In this document: in pieces, positions 12,970-24,299 of the stretch
Layout: every line of letters starts with the position of its first letter
Position numbering within the stretch: position 1 is the stretch's first letter
Assembly (NCBI RefSeq): GCF_016433145.1
Contig: NC_058132.1
Coordinates: 87,450,549 to 87,514,548, forward strand
Source: Gracilinanus agilis
Taxonomy: Eukaryota
Length of the DNA: 64,000 bases
Reading direction: 5' to 3'
Notes under the pieces: generated by a model
Seen by the model: only the letters and a program-made list of their open reading frames with translations
Database searches by the model: none
What the model was told of the DNA's origin: nothing
Made by a program: the position numbers and the translations under genes

Positions 12970-14276
12970 CAACATTATCCTTTTTACATCACACATATGC
13001 TTTCTATCTCCTGCTTTTCAAAAATTCTTCTCCTATCCATAAATCTGACAGTAATGTGTTTCCTATTCTAAGTTGCTTATTAATACCTCTCTTTTTGACC
13101 AGGTCATGTATCCATTTTGTTCTTATTTTGGTAAATGGTGTAAGATACTGGTCTATATCTAGTTTCTGCCAAACTTCTTCCATTTTTCCCAACATTTTTT
13201 TGCCACCTAGTGAATTCATATTCCAAAAACTTTGATCTTTACTTTTGTCAAATGGGAGGTTACTACAATCTTTTACAACTGTATATTAACTGTCTATTCC
13301 ACTGATCTATTTTTTTATTTTGTGACCAGAACCAGATAGTTTTGATCATTACTATTTCATAATTTAAATCAAAAAGTGGTATTTCTAAATGTCTCATGTT
13401 TTCATTAATTTCTTTAATATTTTCAATTTTTTTCCCAAATGAATTTTGATTTTTTTAAGTTTAATAAAATATTTTTTGGTAAATTAAATGAGATGGCATC
13501 AAATAAGGAGAATAGTTTGGGTAGAATTTTCATTTTAGTTATATTTTCTCTGTTCTCTTGGGAACAATGAATATTTGTTCAATTATTTAAATTTGACTTT
13601 ATTTGCATAAAACATGTTTTATAATTATGTTCATGTAATTTCTGGATTTGTTTTGAAACACGTATTCCTGGGTATTTTATCTATTTCTGGATAATTTAAA
13701 TGGGTTACCTTTTACCATATATTTTTGCAGATGTTGTTGATGATATATAGAAATGCTGATACTTATATTTATGTTTATTATATATCCTGCTACTTTGTTA
13801 AAATTATTGAGAGTTTCAACTAAATTTTAACTGAATCTTAAAGATTTTCTCAATATATCATAATATCTTCTATGAAAAGTGATAGTTTTATAACCTCCTT
13901 GACCATTATGATTTCTATAATTTATTTTTCTTTGATTGCTATTGCTAAAATTTCTAATACAATATTAAACAATATTGATTATAATGGCCATCGTTTTTCA
14001 GTCAACTTTTTAGGGAAGGCTTCTAATTTATTCCAATTACAAATAATGTTTGCTGAGGATTTTAAGTATAAACTTATTATTCAGTGGAAAAATCAGTTTC
14101 TGCCTATGCTTTCCACTGATTTTAATAGGAATGAATTGTTTTTTTTTCAAAAGCTTTTTCTGCATCTATTCATATAATTATGTGATTTTGTTACCTTTTG
14201 TTGATATAATCAGTTATGCTGTAATTTCCTTATATGAAGTCTTTCCTGTATGCCTGGTATAAATCCTTTCTGGTAT

Positions 14277-14636
14277 TGTGTGAGGAAAGCTCTCCTCTTC
14301 TGTATAACATAGCAGGGCTGTATCTGTGTTAGTCTGTGTAAGTTTGCATCAGTTAGAATGGGCCATGGGACTGTGGCCTATGAGTTTGATCCCTGATATG
14401 ATTCTGAACTTGAACTTAATTGAAAGGAGAAGTTAAAAAGTCTCAAATGAGGAAGGGTAGACTCTCTATCTCAGGTGACAGGATTGGGGTTGCTGCTGGA
14501 GTGGCCAGTCTGAGACCACCCTTGTGGCTAGCTGGAATAGGGTTTTCCTATCTATCTCTATGTCTTTACTTATTCAAGTGATTCTAATAAAACTTTATGA
14601 AAAATAGGGAACAGAGTCCTAAATTTATTTCTTAGA
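14277..14636 (+). mobile_element. Solo LTR (ERV1-type) inserted in an L1
   Basis: TGTGTG start, degenerate CTTAGA end, TSD GTAT/GCAT, AATAAA at 14586. The 3' end resembles the LTR at 7141. Empty GTAT site at 45454. Confidence 0.8.
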
Positions 14637-15155
14637 GCATAGTGCATAATCTTTTGATGAATTTTTATAATCTCCTGGATAATATTTTAATTAGTTTTTT
14701 TGCATTTATATTCATTAATGAAACTGTCCTATAATTTTTTTTTCTGTTTTTGCTCTTCCTAGTTTAGGTATCAGCACCATATTTGTTTCAAAAACAGTTG
14801 TTCAAAATATTTTATTTAATATTGGCATTAGGTGATCTAAACTGTTTGGTAAAATTCATTTGTAAATCTCTCTGGTCCTGAGGCATTTTTCATAGGAATT
14901 TCCTTTATAACGTAGCCATTTCATTTTTCTAAAGTAGGCTTATTTCGATATTTTATTTCCTCCTCTGTTAGTCTGGGTAATTTATATGCTTGTAAGTATT
15001 TTTCCATTTTGAAATATTTTTCCAACTCTTATAGACAGCTTCTGAGATAGAAGTTTCAAAAGTGAAATATATAAAGGGTTCTATTGAACCCCCCAAATGG
15101 TCAGAAGATATAAGCAAACAGTTTTAGGATAAAGAAAGCAAAACTATATATAACT

Positions 15156-15336
15156 GGGGCAGCTGGGTAGCTCAGTGGAGTGAGAGTCAGGCCTAGAGAC
15201 AGGAGGTCCTAGGTTCAAACCCAGCCTCAGCCACTTCCCAGCTGTGTGACCCTGGGCAAGTCACTTGACCCCCATTGCCCACCCTTACCACTCTTCCACC
15301 TATGAGACAATACACCGAAGTACAAGGGTTTAAAAA
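15156..15336 (+). mobile_element. Young opossum SINE
   Basis: Full head, body and A-tail; TSD AAAACTATATATAACT (15140-15155 and 15337-15352); empty site near 32400. Confidence 0.93.
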
Positions 15337-15973
15337 AAAACTATATATAACTACATGAAAAAATATTTCATGCCAATATTCATTAGATAAATGCAAATCA
15401 AAACAACTCTGTGATATCTTGTACCTATCAGATTGGCTAAAAAATTGGAGGTGTTGTACTATATTGTACTATATGTATGTACTATATACTAATTGTTATT
15501 GGATCAGTGGACTTATACAACTATTTTGGAGAGCAATCTAGAATTATGCTTCAATAGTTATAAATTTTCTATATCTTTTAACTCAACAATAACATGATTA
15601 AGTTTATTTTCTTAGGTGATCAAGGAAAAAGAACAACTTATATGTTCTAACGTTTTTATAGCTGCTTTCTTTGTGGTGGCAAAGGACTGGAAATTGCAAG
15701 GATATCTAACTGGGGAAGAACTAAACAAGTTGTGGCACATGATTGTGAAGGGATTCTACTGCTGCAAAGAAATGATGAAGGAGTAATTTGGATAAAAAAC
15801 ATGGAAAGATCTACATGAAATTATGAAGAATGACATGAAAAGAACCAAGAGAACATTGTATAGAGTGGCATAAAATATTGTTTGAATAATGACTTGTGTA
15901 TGCCTATCTTTAAGGCAAGTACTGATAAATAGAAATACATTAAACATAGTTTTATATTTACACATAACTTTTT

Positions 15974-16163
15974 TTTAAATTTTTTTTTAAACCTTTAACT
16001 TCTGTGTATTGGCTCTTAGGTGGAAGAGTGGTAAGGGTGGGCAATGGGGGTCAAGTGACTTGCCCAGGATCACACAGCTGGGAAGTTTCTGAGGCTGGAT
16101 TTGAACCTAGGACCTCTTGTCTCTAGGCCTGACTCTCAATCCACTGAGCTACCCAGCTGCCCC
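15974..16163 (-). mobile_element. Young opossum SINE
   Basis: TSD TTTACACATAACTTTTT (15957-15973 and 16164-16180); empty site at 33024. Confidence 0.93.
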
Positions 16164-16629
16164 TTTACACATAACTTTTTGTCAACTTTCTCTGAGGACA
16201 GGGAAGGAATCAAGGAGGGAGTTATTGAGTTTTTAAAATGTATTAATTAAGTAATTTTTTTTAAAAAGAAAGGAATGTGTAAAGTTTAGAAGACCTCAAT
16301 CCTCATTTATCCTCACTTAAGCTAGAAGATGTTTGTCACTGAGAGCATTTCTTTATTTTTTCTTTATGACTTTTAATGATTATGCCACTTTTATTTGAAG
16401 AACACATCCAATTGAATTTTTTACATTTTGCCACTTGGATCTTTGTATTAAGCATATACTTTGATATTTCTAATATTGTACCCATTTTTAAAAAAAATCA
16501 TAAAAATTTCTGTCATAACCTGAGGGATAAAAAGGCTACTGTCAAATGTTCCATCAGTATTACTGCATAAACTTATCTTGCTGCTAACTCTTCTTCCAAG
16601 AAAAAAACAAGATAAAAAAACAGCATTCC

Positions 16630-16884
16630 CATCATTTTCAAAATACAAGCCTAAACTAGACAAGTTGTGGCATATGATTGTGATGAGATACTACTATGCT
16701 AGAAGGAAGGAAAATTTGATTATTTTTTTAAAAATGGAAAGACTTAAATGAAATTATGAAAAAAGCAAAATGAGCAGAACCAAGAGACCATTATATACAT
16801 CAATTAAAAATATTTTTGAAGAATAATTTGTATATATCCACCTCCAGAGAATGAACTGATAATAGAAACAAGCAAGACATGCTT

Positions 16885-16936
<52 letters not shown>

Positions 16937-17040
16937 ATATATATATTTGTTAAATGACACTTTCTCTAGCGTGAGAAGGGGAGAGGGAATTTATGAGAAT
17001 TTTAGTGTAATAACCAAAAAAAATAAACATCTGTTTTCAA
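16630..17040 (+). mobile_element. Old L1 3' UTR fragment (paralog at about 33500-33870)
   Basis: ACAAGTTGTGGCATATG...AGCAGAACCAAGAGACCATT. Confidence 0.6.
16886..16946. repeat. (TATC)n(TA)n compound microsatellite
   Basis: Direct reading. Confidence 0.95.
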
Positions 17041-17312
17041 CCTGGAATGCAGATCACTCCCAAGATTACTCATGCTGTGAGCTGAGTGAAATAACTTGAA
17101 GTATCCCATAAGGCATCCCTTAACTCTATTTTATGTAAATGAATAAAAAATAATAAGGTTTGAAAGAGACACAAAGCAGAAAAAACATAGAAATGGCTTG
17201 CCAGTGACAAAGAGACAAAAGAGAGACAGAAAGAGAAATACAGGGATAGTAATAGTCAGAAATCTAAATTTATCCTCCCTTTTGGGAGATAACTGAGGTT
17301 CTAAAAACACAA

Positions 17313-17461
17313 CCCCTTGGGATTTGTGTAGAGAGAATAAACAACCTTGCTGCTCTTTTCCTCTTTACTTAAGTGTCACCACAGTTATTGAGCACTTTTT
17401 GGCTGGTGTAGTCACCATCCAAAGCTGGTAAGGAAACCTCCTGAAACAGGTAATTTAATGA
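17313..17461 (+). promoter_or_regulatory. Candidate promoter / non-coding first exon of paralog B
   Basis: O/E (EBF) consensus CCCCTTGGGA at 17313-17322, a block nearly identical to 34161-34309, donor CAG|GTAATT at 17449/17450, homeodomain site TAATGA at 17456-17461. Confidence 0.45.
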
Positions 17462-18409
17462 GTCATTTACCTTGAATGGGAGACAGGACATGAGAAAAGG
17501 ACATGGCAGTGATGGATGAGAGAAGTTTTTCAGAAATCAGTAGCAAGGCAAAATTTATAAGGCTAGATCAGGAAATTGGAGGCATCCAGACTTTTTTCCC
17601 ATTTGGGTTATATCAGCGTACATTTTAGAGCTGGAAGAGAAAACTAGAGGCCAGTGAGTAGGACCCCTTAATTTTATGATTGAAGAAATTGAAGCTGAGA
17701 AAAATAAAATTGGGTTCCCATTGTTGTAAAGCAGGTTAATCAAGAAAGGATTTCAACCCAGTTCTAGTCCTGATTCCAAATCTAGTGCTGTTTGTTTCCA
17801 GTGAACACTTTTGTGTTCATAATAAATAAAGGAAACAAGAGACCAAAGCACTGCAGTCTCAAAGAAGAAACTAAATATTTTTTCTTTGAGATCACCATAA
17901 AATCTCTGCTTCTCTCTGGAATGCAGTCAGAGAGAAAGGCATCCTTCTTTGCATCTAGTCATGGGAGCTTTCACCATCCAAGGAAAGAGAAATTTTTTTC
18001 TTAACATGAGATTTGAAGCTACACACAACTTTCTCCCCCATTATTTTTTTCCAGGACCCCTTTTAAGTGATCATTATGTTTTAGCAATTTTGACTGAAAA
18101 TCTCCTTTCCTGCCATTTGAGAAGTTATAGGACACAAACTGCATAAAGTCTGTGTATTATACCAGCTCCAGGTGCCTCCCTTAGAAAGTATTTGGCACAG
18201 AAAACAGAATGTTCTTTGAAACCTGCTTCTTCTTTATGCCAGTCAGACTTTCTCCAAGTGCCCACCTTTTGAAAAAAAAAGAATATTCTTGGATTTTTCC
18301 AGGGTTATTCTCAGATGCATGTACCTAGCATGACCTTATAAGCTCCTAGTTGATAGCTTTTCTGGCTTCATTCTATTATTGTTTTGATCCAGGCAATTAA
18401 GAGGCACAA

Positions 18410-19200
18410 TTGAAATTGGAAACAGAAAGATTTGAATTAGAATCCTGCCTCAAACATTTCCTCTGGACCAATCATTTAATCTTTCTGAGCCTCAGAATCT
18501 TCATAATTAACGTGGTGATGATAAGAACACATCTCACAGGTAAAGTTTTATGGGTCAAATTATGTTACAAATGTAAAGTGTTTTGAAAGCCTTAAATATA
18601 AGTATACAAATGCTAGATTCTGCTACTATTGCCAGATATCTATTTAGTGATTTCCCTTCCATACACTCATATCCAATAATAAACTTACAGATATAAAGTA
18701 TTTTAAGGTTTAGAAACAACTTTCCTAAAATTGTTTCATTTTATCTTCACTCTGTTGCAGTTATTTTCACTATTTTACACTTGAAGAAAATGAAATGACT
18801 CTCCCATGGTCACAGCTAGTAAGTATGTTAGGCTGAATTTGAATTCAAGACTTGCTGATTCTAGGACCCAGTAGTCCATTCACTGCCATCTAACTCTGTC
18901 TCTCTGTAGTATTCATAGAAATCTTAAAGATTTACAAAGCATATTCTATATTTTATTCATTTGATCCTTTCAACCACTCTGGGAGATAATACGCTATCTT
19001 ATATGTGAGGAAACTGAGGCTGGGAGAATTTACTTTTCTCATCTCAGTTCCCACAACTAGTGTGAGATCATATTTAACTCAGGTCTTCCTGATTTCAAGT
19101 TTATTGCTCTACACATTGCCCTATCCTGCTGCCTATGTAAAGTCATAAAATATCAGACCTGTAAAGGATCTAAATGATCATCTACTCAAACCTAATTTTT
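18410..19200. mobile_element. Cluster of MIR remnants (paralog at about 35270-36090)
   Basis: MIR core motifs TAATCTTTCTGAGCCTCAG, GGTCACAGCTAGTAAGT, GAGGAAACTGAGGC. Confidence 0.6.
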
Positions 19201-22200
19201 AAAAATTGATGAGAATTTTGTTTAAGTCTGAGCATATGGGGGAAATAAATCCTTCATCCATAAAGGAAAGGGTTAGGATATAATAATAATATTAATAATA
19301 ATAATAATAATAGCAAAATAATAAATAGCTTTAAGATTTTCAAAGTACTTTATATAGATGGTTTCATTTGATTCTTCCAACAATTCAGTGAAATCTTTTG
19401 TGCTTGGATTTGGAAAATGAGTGTCATTGAGGTCAAATGACTTTCCCAGGATTAACGATTGAGGAAAGGAAATAAATGTTTGAGTCTTTCAATCAATCAA
19501 CACACAATTATTAAATAACATATATCCTGGGTACTATACTAAGTATTAAGGATTAAAGGATAAAAGTATTTTTTCTTCAAGAACAGGCTTAAGATTTATA
19601 TCCTAACATGGTGCCATCCTAACATATATGTATCATATACATATATGTTTATAACCACACAATCAATTTGTATGTAATATATATTATACATACATATATG
19701 TGTCTGGATATGATAAATACAAAATAGGTTTCAGGCAATTATTTTTGGGAAGGCACTAATAGTTGCGGAAACAGGGACCAGAAGATGCTAATTCTGATTT
19801 TATAATTCTGTGATCTTAAACAGTTTGTCTAACCGTTCTGTATCTCATTTTCCTCACTAATCAAATGAGATTATACATATAAGTCTGATCCCAGGCCAAA
19901 AATTTTGTTTTTAAAATTTTTAAAGGAAACCTTTTTTTTCCTTTAACTTAGAAAAAAAATTGTCCTAGTAATTGAAGTTACACAGAACAAGTCTAGTTTC
20001 TCCCCCCACCTAAAAAATCCATTGAATTTATGAAAACACTTCTCTTGTCTCCTGTAAAGTCTGCTGTCCTTAAATCTAAAAATCCTCAGATGTCCAACCA
20101 ATATATTTAATACAGTATCACCAAACTATCATTCTAGTAGTTTTCCTCTGATCCATCTTTTCAATAGCCGCTATAGACCGGGACATTCAAAATGTAGACA
20201 ACTAACCCCAGAAACAAAGATACAAATTGTAGATCTAAAACTGGAGAGAGTGGGAGACCTTAACCATCTTTCTTCAAAACACTCAGCCTCTATTAATGGA
20301 GCCTCAAAACATAATTTGTCATATTCATCTTCATGGGAGGCAAACAGATGAATGGGAAGATAGCTTTAATTTACATTTAGTCTTATATCATAATGTAAGA
20401 TTCTGAAATGCTTACCTCTTTGCTATGCACAAAGTAAATTTCGTCATTACTGAGAATGTATTTACATAGAGATTCCTTCTCTGGTCCTCAGGGGTTTACA
20501 GGCAAAATAGTGGAGACTGAGTAACGCCATGTAACTGTAATTTTGCACAATGCTAACATACTATTGAAGAAAAATTTCCCAATTTCTCTGTGATGCTTCC
20601 ATCTTTCAATAGTTAACAAATTAATCAATAACCACTTATTATGTGTGTACTATGTGCTTGATTACGTTCAAAGCTAGAGTTAGAATTAAAATGTGAAAAC
20701 TGTCTATCTTCAAGGAATTTATCTTTTAATCCTGGAACTATGATGTCTATTAATGAGTATATAAAGGAAACATATCAAAAAGTTATAAGATGTGAAAGCC
20801 AAGAACTTTCTCTTCAAGAAACTTGTACTTGACCTCATTATTGAAAGCATCTAGGAATTTCAGGACATAGAAGTTCAAAAGCTTAGCATCCTACAGGCAT
20901 GGTGTGGGCCAGGGGAGCCTATGTAAAGGCATAGAGATACTATTATTTATATATTTATTATGGCAAGGAGACCAAATGCTTAGTATTTACATGAAGGAAT
21001 TATTCTTAATTATTCTGAAAAGATACACTAGAGACATGTGGTGAAGAGCGTCATTTTATCCTACAGACATTATGAAGGCAATGAAATTTCCTGAGGAGGG
21101 AAGTTCTAAGAATATCATTTTATTAATAGCCTGAAGAATGGACTAGAAAACGAAGAAAATAGATTCAGAGAAACCAGGTGGAGATATAAGTTAGAGTCCT
21201 ATCAATAAGTAACTAGAAATGGAGTATGGTTAGTTTTGGTGTGTGGATGGAAAATGGAATGGATACAAGTGATGCTGAAAAGCAAAAATCTACAACCTTG
21301 GGCAACTGATTAGATCATGTGATGCGAGTGAGTGAAGAATTAAGGAATACTTTTGTGAGCCAAGATGACTGGAAAAAATGGTGACTGCTTTAGGAATAAA
21401 TGGGGAACTGAGGAGGAGAGATGGGTTCAATGTAATAAAGATGATGAGTTTGAGATGCCTATGAAATTTCCAGGTGGAATTGTTTCAAAGACAGTTAGAG
21501 AAATTGGACTGGAAGTACAGGAGAGGAGTGGATAAATTTTAGAATTATTTGCATAAGTATACTAGTTGGGGCAAGAGATATTGATAAGATCCATCATAAA
21601 GTAAAACAAAAAAGCAAGGAGAGCATCTAGAAGAGAGCCCAGGCATATGAGGAATGATTTGGATAATAACCTCACAAATTAGATTGAGTAATATCGAGAA
21701 GAGAAACATTACAAAACAATGTCACAAAAAACTTGGGAATATTGTCAAAATAGTCAATATTGTTAAAATTTTCAGGGGATGCTTTTTTAACATAAGAATT
21801 AAAAATAAAGTAATTAAATTTAACACTAGAAATTATTGTCCCTTTTAGAGAGAGCTATTTTAGTTAAATGTTGATTTTGGACAATTGCTTATGAATAAGA
21901 GTTTTAAAGAGGGGAGGTAAAAGAAATCACAGATAGCTTTTTCAAGTATTTTAGCAATGAAAAGGAGGAAAGTGATTTGGGAAAATAGTTTGAGTGGCAG
22001 GTAAAATTAAAGGCAAGGAGAGATCTGGATTTATTTTGGAAGGCAGCCAAGAAAGAGCCAGAGGAAAAAGTGTGATTAACAGTTAGAGAAAGGCAGTAAC
22101 AAAAATAGCACGCTACTTGATGAAATGGGAAGAGATATAATCAAAGATACAAATAGAAGGAATGCTATTTGAAAGGAGATTTACTTCTTTTCACAAGTCT

Positions 22201-22652
22201 GCAGCCAAAAAGATGATAGGGGATTCTGCTAAGGTTATTTATTGTTCATTTTAAATTTTGAGTTCCAAATTCTTTCCTTTTCTTTCACGCTTCCCAGAAA
22301 CATCTAGAAAGCAATCAATATGATACTCATTATACATGAGGTCCTGCAAAACAGAGTTTCATATTTTCTGTGTTGCAAAAAATAAGCAAGAAAAATAAAA
22401 TGAAAAATATGTTTTAATTTATAGTCAGAGTCCATCAATTCTTTTCTAAGAAGTGAATAGCATTTACATTTTTAATTAATTTTTTAATTATGAGCCCACT
22501 GGAATTGTGAACCTTTATAGCAATCAGATAGGTAAGTCTTTCACAGTTGATTATTGTTACAATGTTCTTACTCTGAACAACATTCTCCTGGTTCTGCTCA
22601 CTTCACTTCACATGAATTCATAGGTCTTCCTACATTTTTATTACTCTAATCC

Positions 22653-22847
22653 CAGTGGTTCCCCAACTTTTTTGGTCTACCACCCCCTTTCCAGAAAAAA
22701 AAATATTACTTAATGCCCCTGGAAATTCATTTAAAATAATTTTAATAGCAATTAATAGAAAAGAAAAATGCACCTGTGGCCATCACCTCTATCCTGGATT
22801 GCTGCAGCACCCACCAGGGGGTGGTGGTGCCACTTTGGGAATCACTG
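22653..22847. mobile_element. Non-autonomous hAT (Charlie-type) DNA transposon / MITE
   Basis: TIRs CAGTGGTTCCCCAACT / ACTTTGGGAATCACTG, flanking 8-mers CTCTAATC and CTCTATCC (6 of 8 match; Charlie-like NTCTA target). Empty site near 3722-3730. Confidence 0.85.
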
Positions 22848-24272
22848 CTCTATCCCTTTCTTATTTCTAATAGCATCACAATATTGCATAACAAATCTAC
22901 ACTACATCTTATCTAGTCATTCCCCAACTGATAAGTTTCCCCTTGTTTTCTAATTCTTTGCCACCACTAAAGAGCTTTTATTGATATTTTGGTAAATATA
23001 AGGTCTTTTCCATTTTCCTCTGATTTCTTCAGAATACAGACCTAGTAATAGTAATGCTGAATCAAAAGGTCTTCGCAGTTGTATCACATTTTGAGTATAA
23101 TTCCAAATTGTTCTTCAAAATGATTGGACAAGTTCACCACTCCACCAACAATGCATCTGGATACCTATTTTTCCATTTCCCCTCCAACATCTCTTATTTT
23201 CTTTTTTATCATGTTAGTCAGTGTGATAGGCATAAAGTGGTGACTCAGAGATTTTCCATTTGTATTTCTCCATTTTTTAGTGAGTTAAGAACATTTAAAT
23301 ATAATTATTAATAACTTTGAGTGCTTCAGAAAACAGCTTCTTCAAATTTTTGACCATTTATCATTTGGGGAATGGCTTTCAGTTTTGTAAATTTTGTTCA
23401 GTTCACCATATATATTTAAAAAATGAGGCTTTTATCAGAGAAACTTCCTGAGAAAGTTTTACTTCCTCATTTTCTTTTAATGTTGGCTGCATTCTTTTGT
23501 ACAACATCTTTTAATTTAATGTAATCAGAATAATTAACTTTACCTCTTAGGATCCTCTCTTTATCTTGTGTGGTGATGAACTTTTCCCTTATCCATCTGA
23601 TAGTTAACTCTTTTTCCCCTTTACACTGATTTTCTCATGATATCAGTTTTTATCCACAAATCATATACCTATTTTGACTTTATCTTGAAATATAATATGA
23701 TTGTTGGTCTAGGCCTTATTTCTACCAAAATTTTTTTCCAGTAGTTTTTGTCAAACACTTAGGTTTTACCCTGAAATTTGAATTTCTAGGTTCCTCAAAC
23801 ATTAGATTACTACAGTAATTTACTCTTGTATATCTTGTACTTGGTCTATTTCACTGGTCATGAAGCCTCAATTCTTATTCAAGTCTATATTGCTAAGATT
23901 AAAGTATAAAACTGAACATGAGAGAAATCATCAATATCATTACATAGCATATAAAGATGAATTGATACAGCATATAAATCCATGAATAAATATAATCTAT
24001 ACTGAGAAAAGATTTGTTTAATTTGAATAATTATATGAGACTTTAATGTTCCTCTCTCAGAGGAAAACAAACCTAATAGAAATATAAAGAAAAGGGAAGC
24101 AATAGAACATTACAAATTTAAAGTATTTATATCTGAAAAAATTACAGTTTCTTTTGAGTGTCAATATTATTGAATGATATGATTACAAAGTAGAACATGT
24201 GTCTGGTTAATGAAAGAAGGATAAATATGTGTAAAAAATCAGAAATATTAGACTCACTCTTTAATTTGAGAT

Positions 24273-24288
24273 ATTACTATCTTGACAG
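24273..24288 (+). promoter_or_regulatory. Splice acceptor of the coding exon of paralog B (exon starts 24289)
   Basis: ATTACTATCTTGACAG|GATGACCTGCCATG, homologous to 5131-5146. Confidence 0.7.
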
Positions 24289-24299
24289 GATGACCTGCC

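Larger units (their letters stand above)
12280..16330. mobile_element. Old L1 with 5' inversion (minus ORF2 to about 15010, then plus-strand 3' end), hosting later insertions
   Basis: Degenerate ORF2 RT-region sequence on the minus strand switches to plus-strand C-terminus and 3' UTR at about 15010. Confidence 0.7.

Noticed and set aside
15156-15240. tRNA-like A and B boxes (TAGCTCAGTGG, GGTTCAAAC)
   Set aside because: These are SINE heads with TSDs and A-tails; no cloverleaf tRNA gene is evident.
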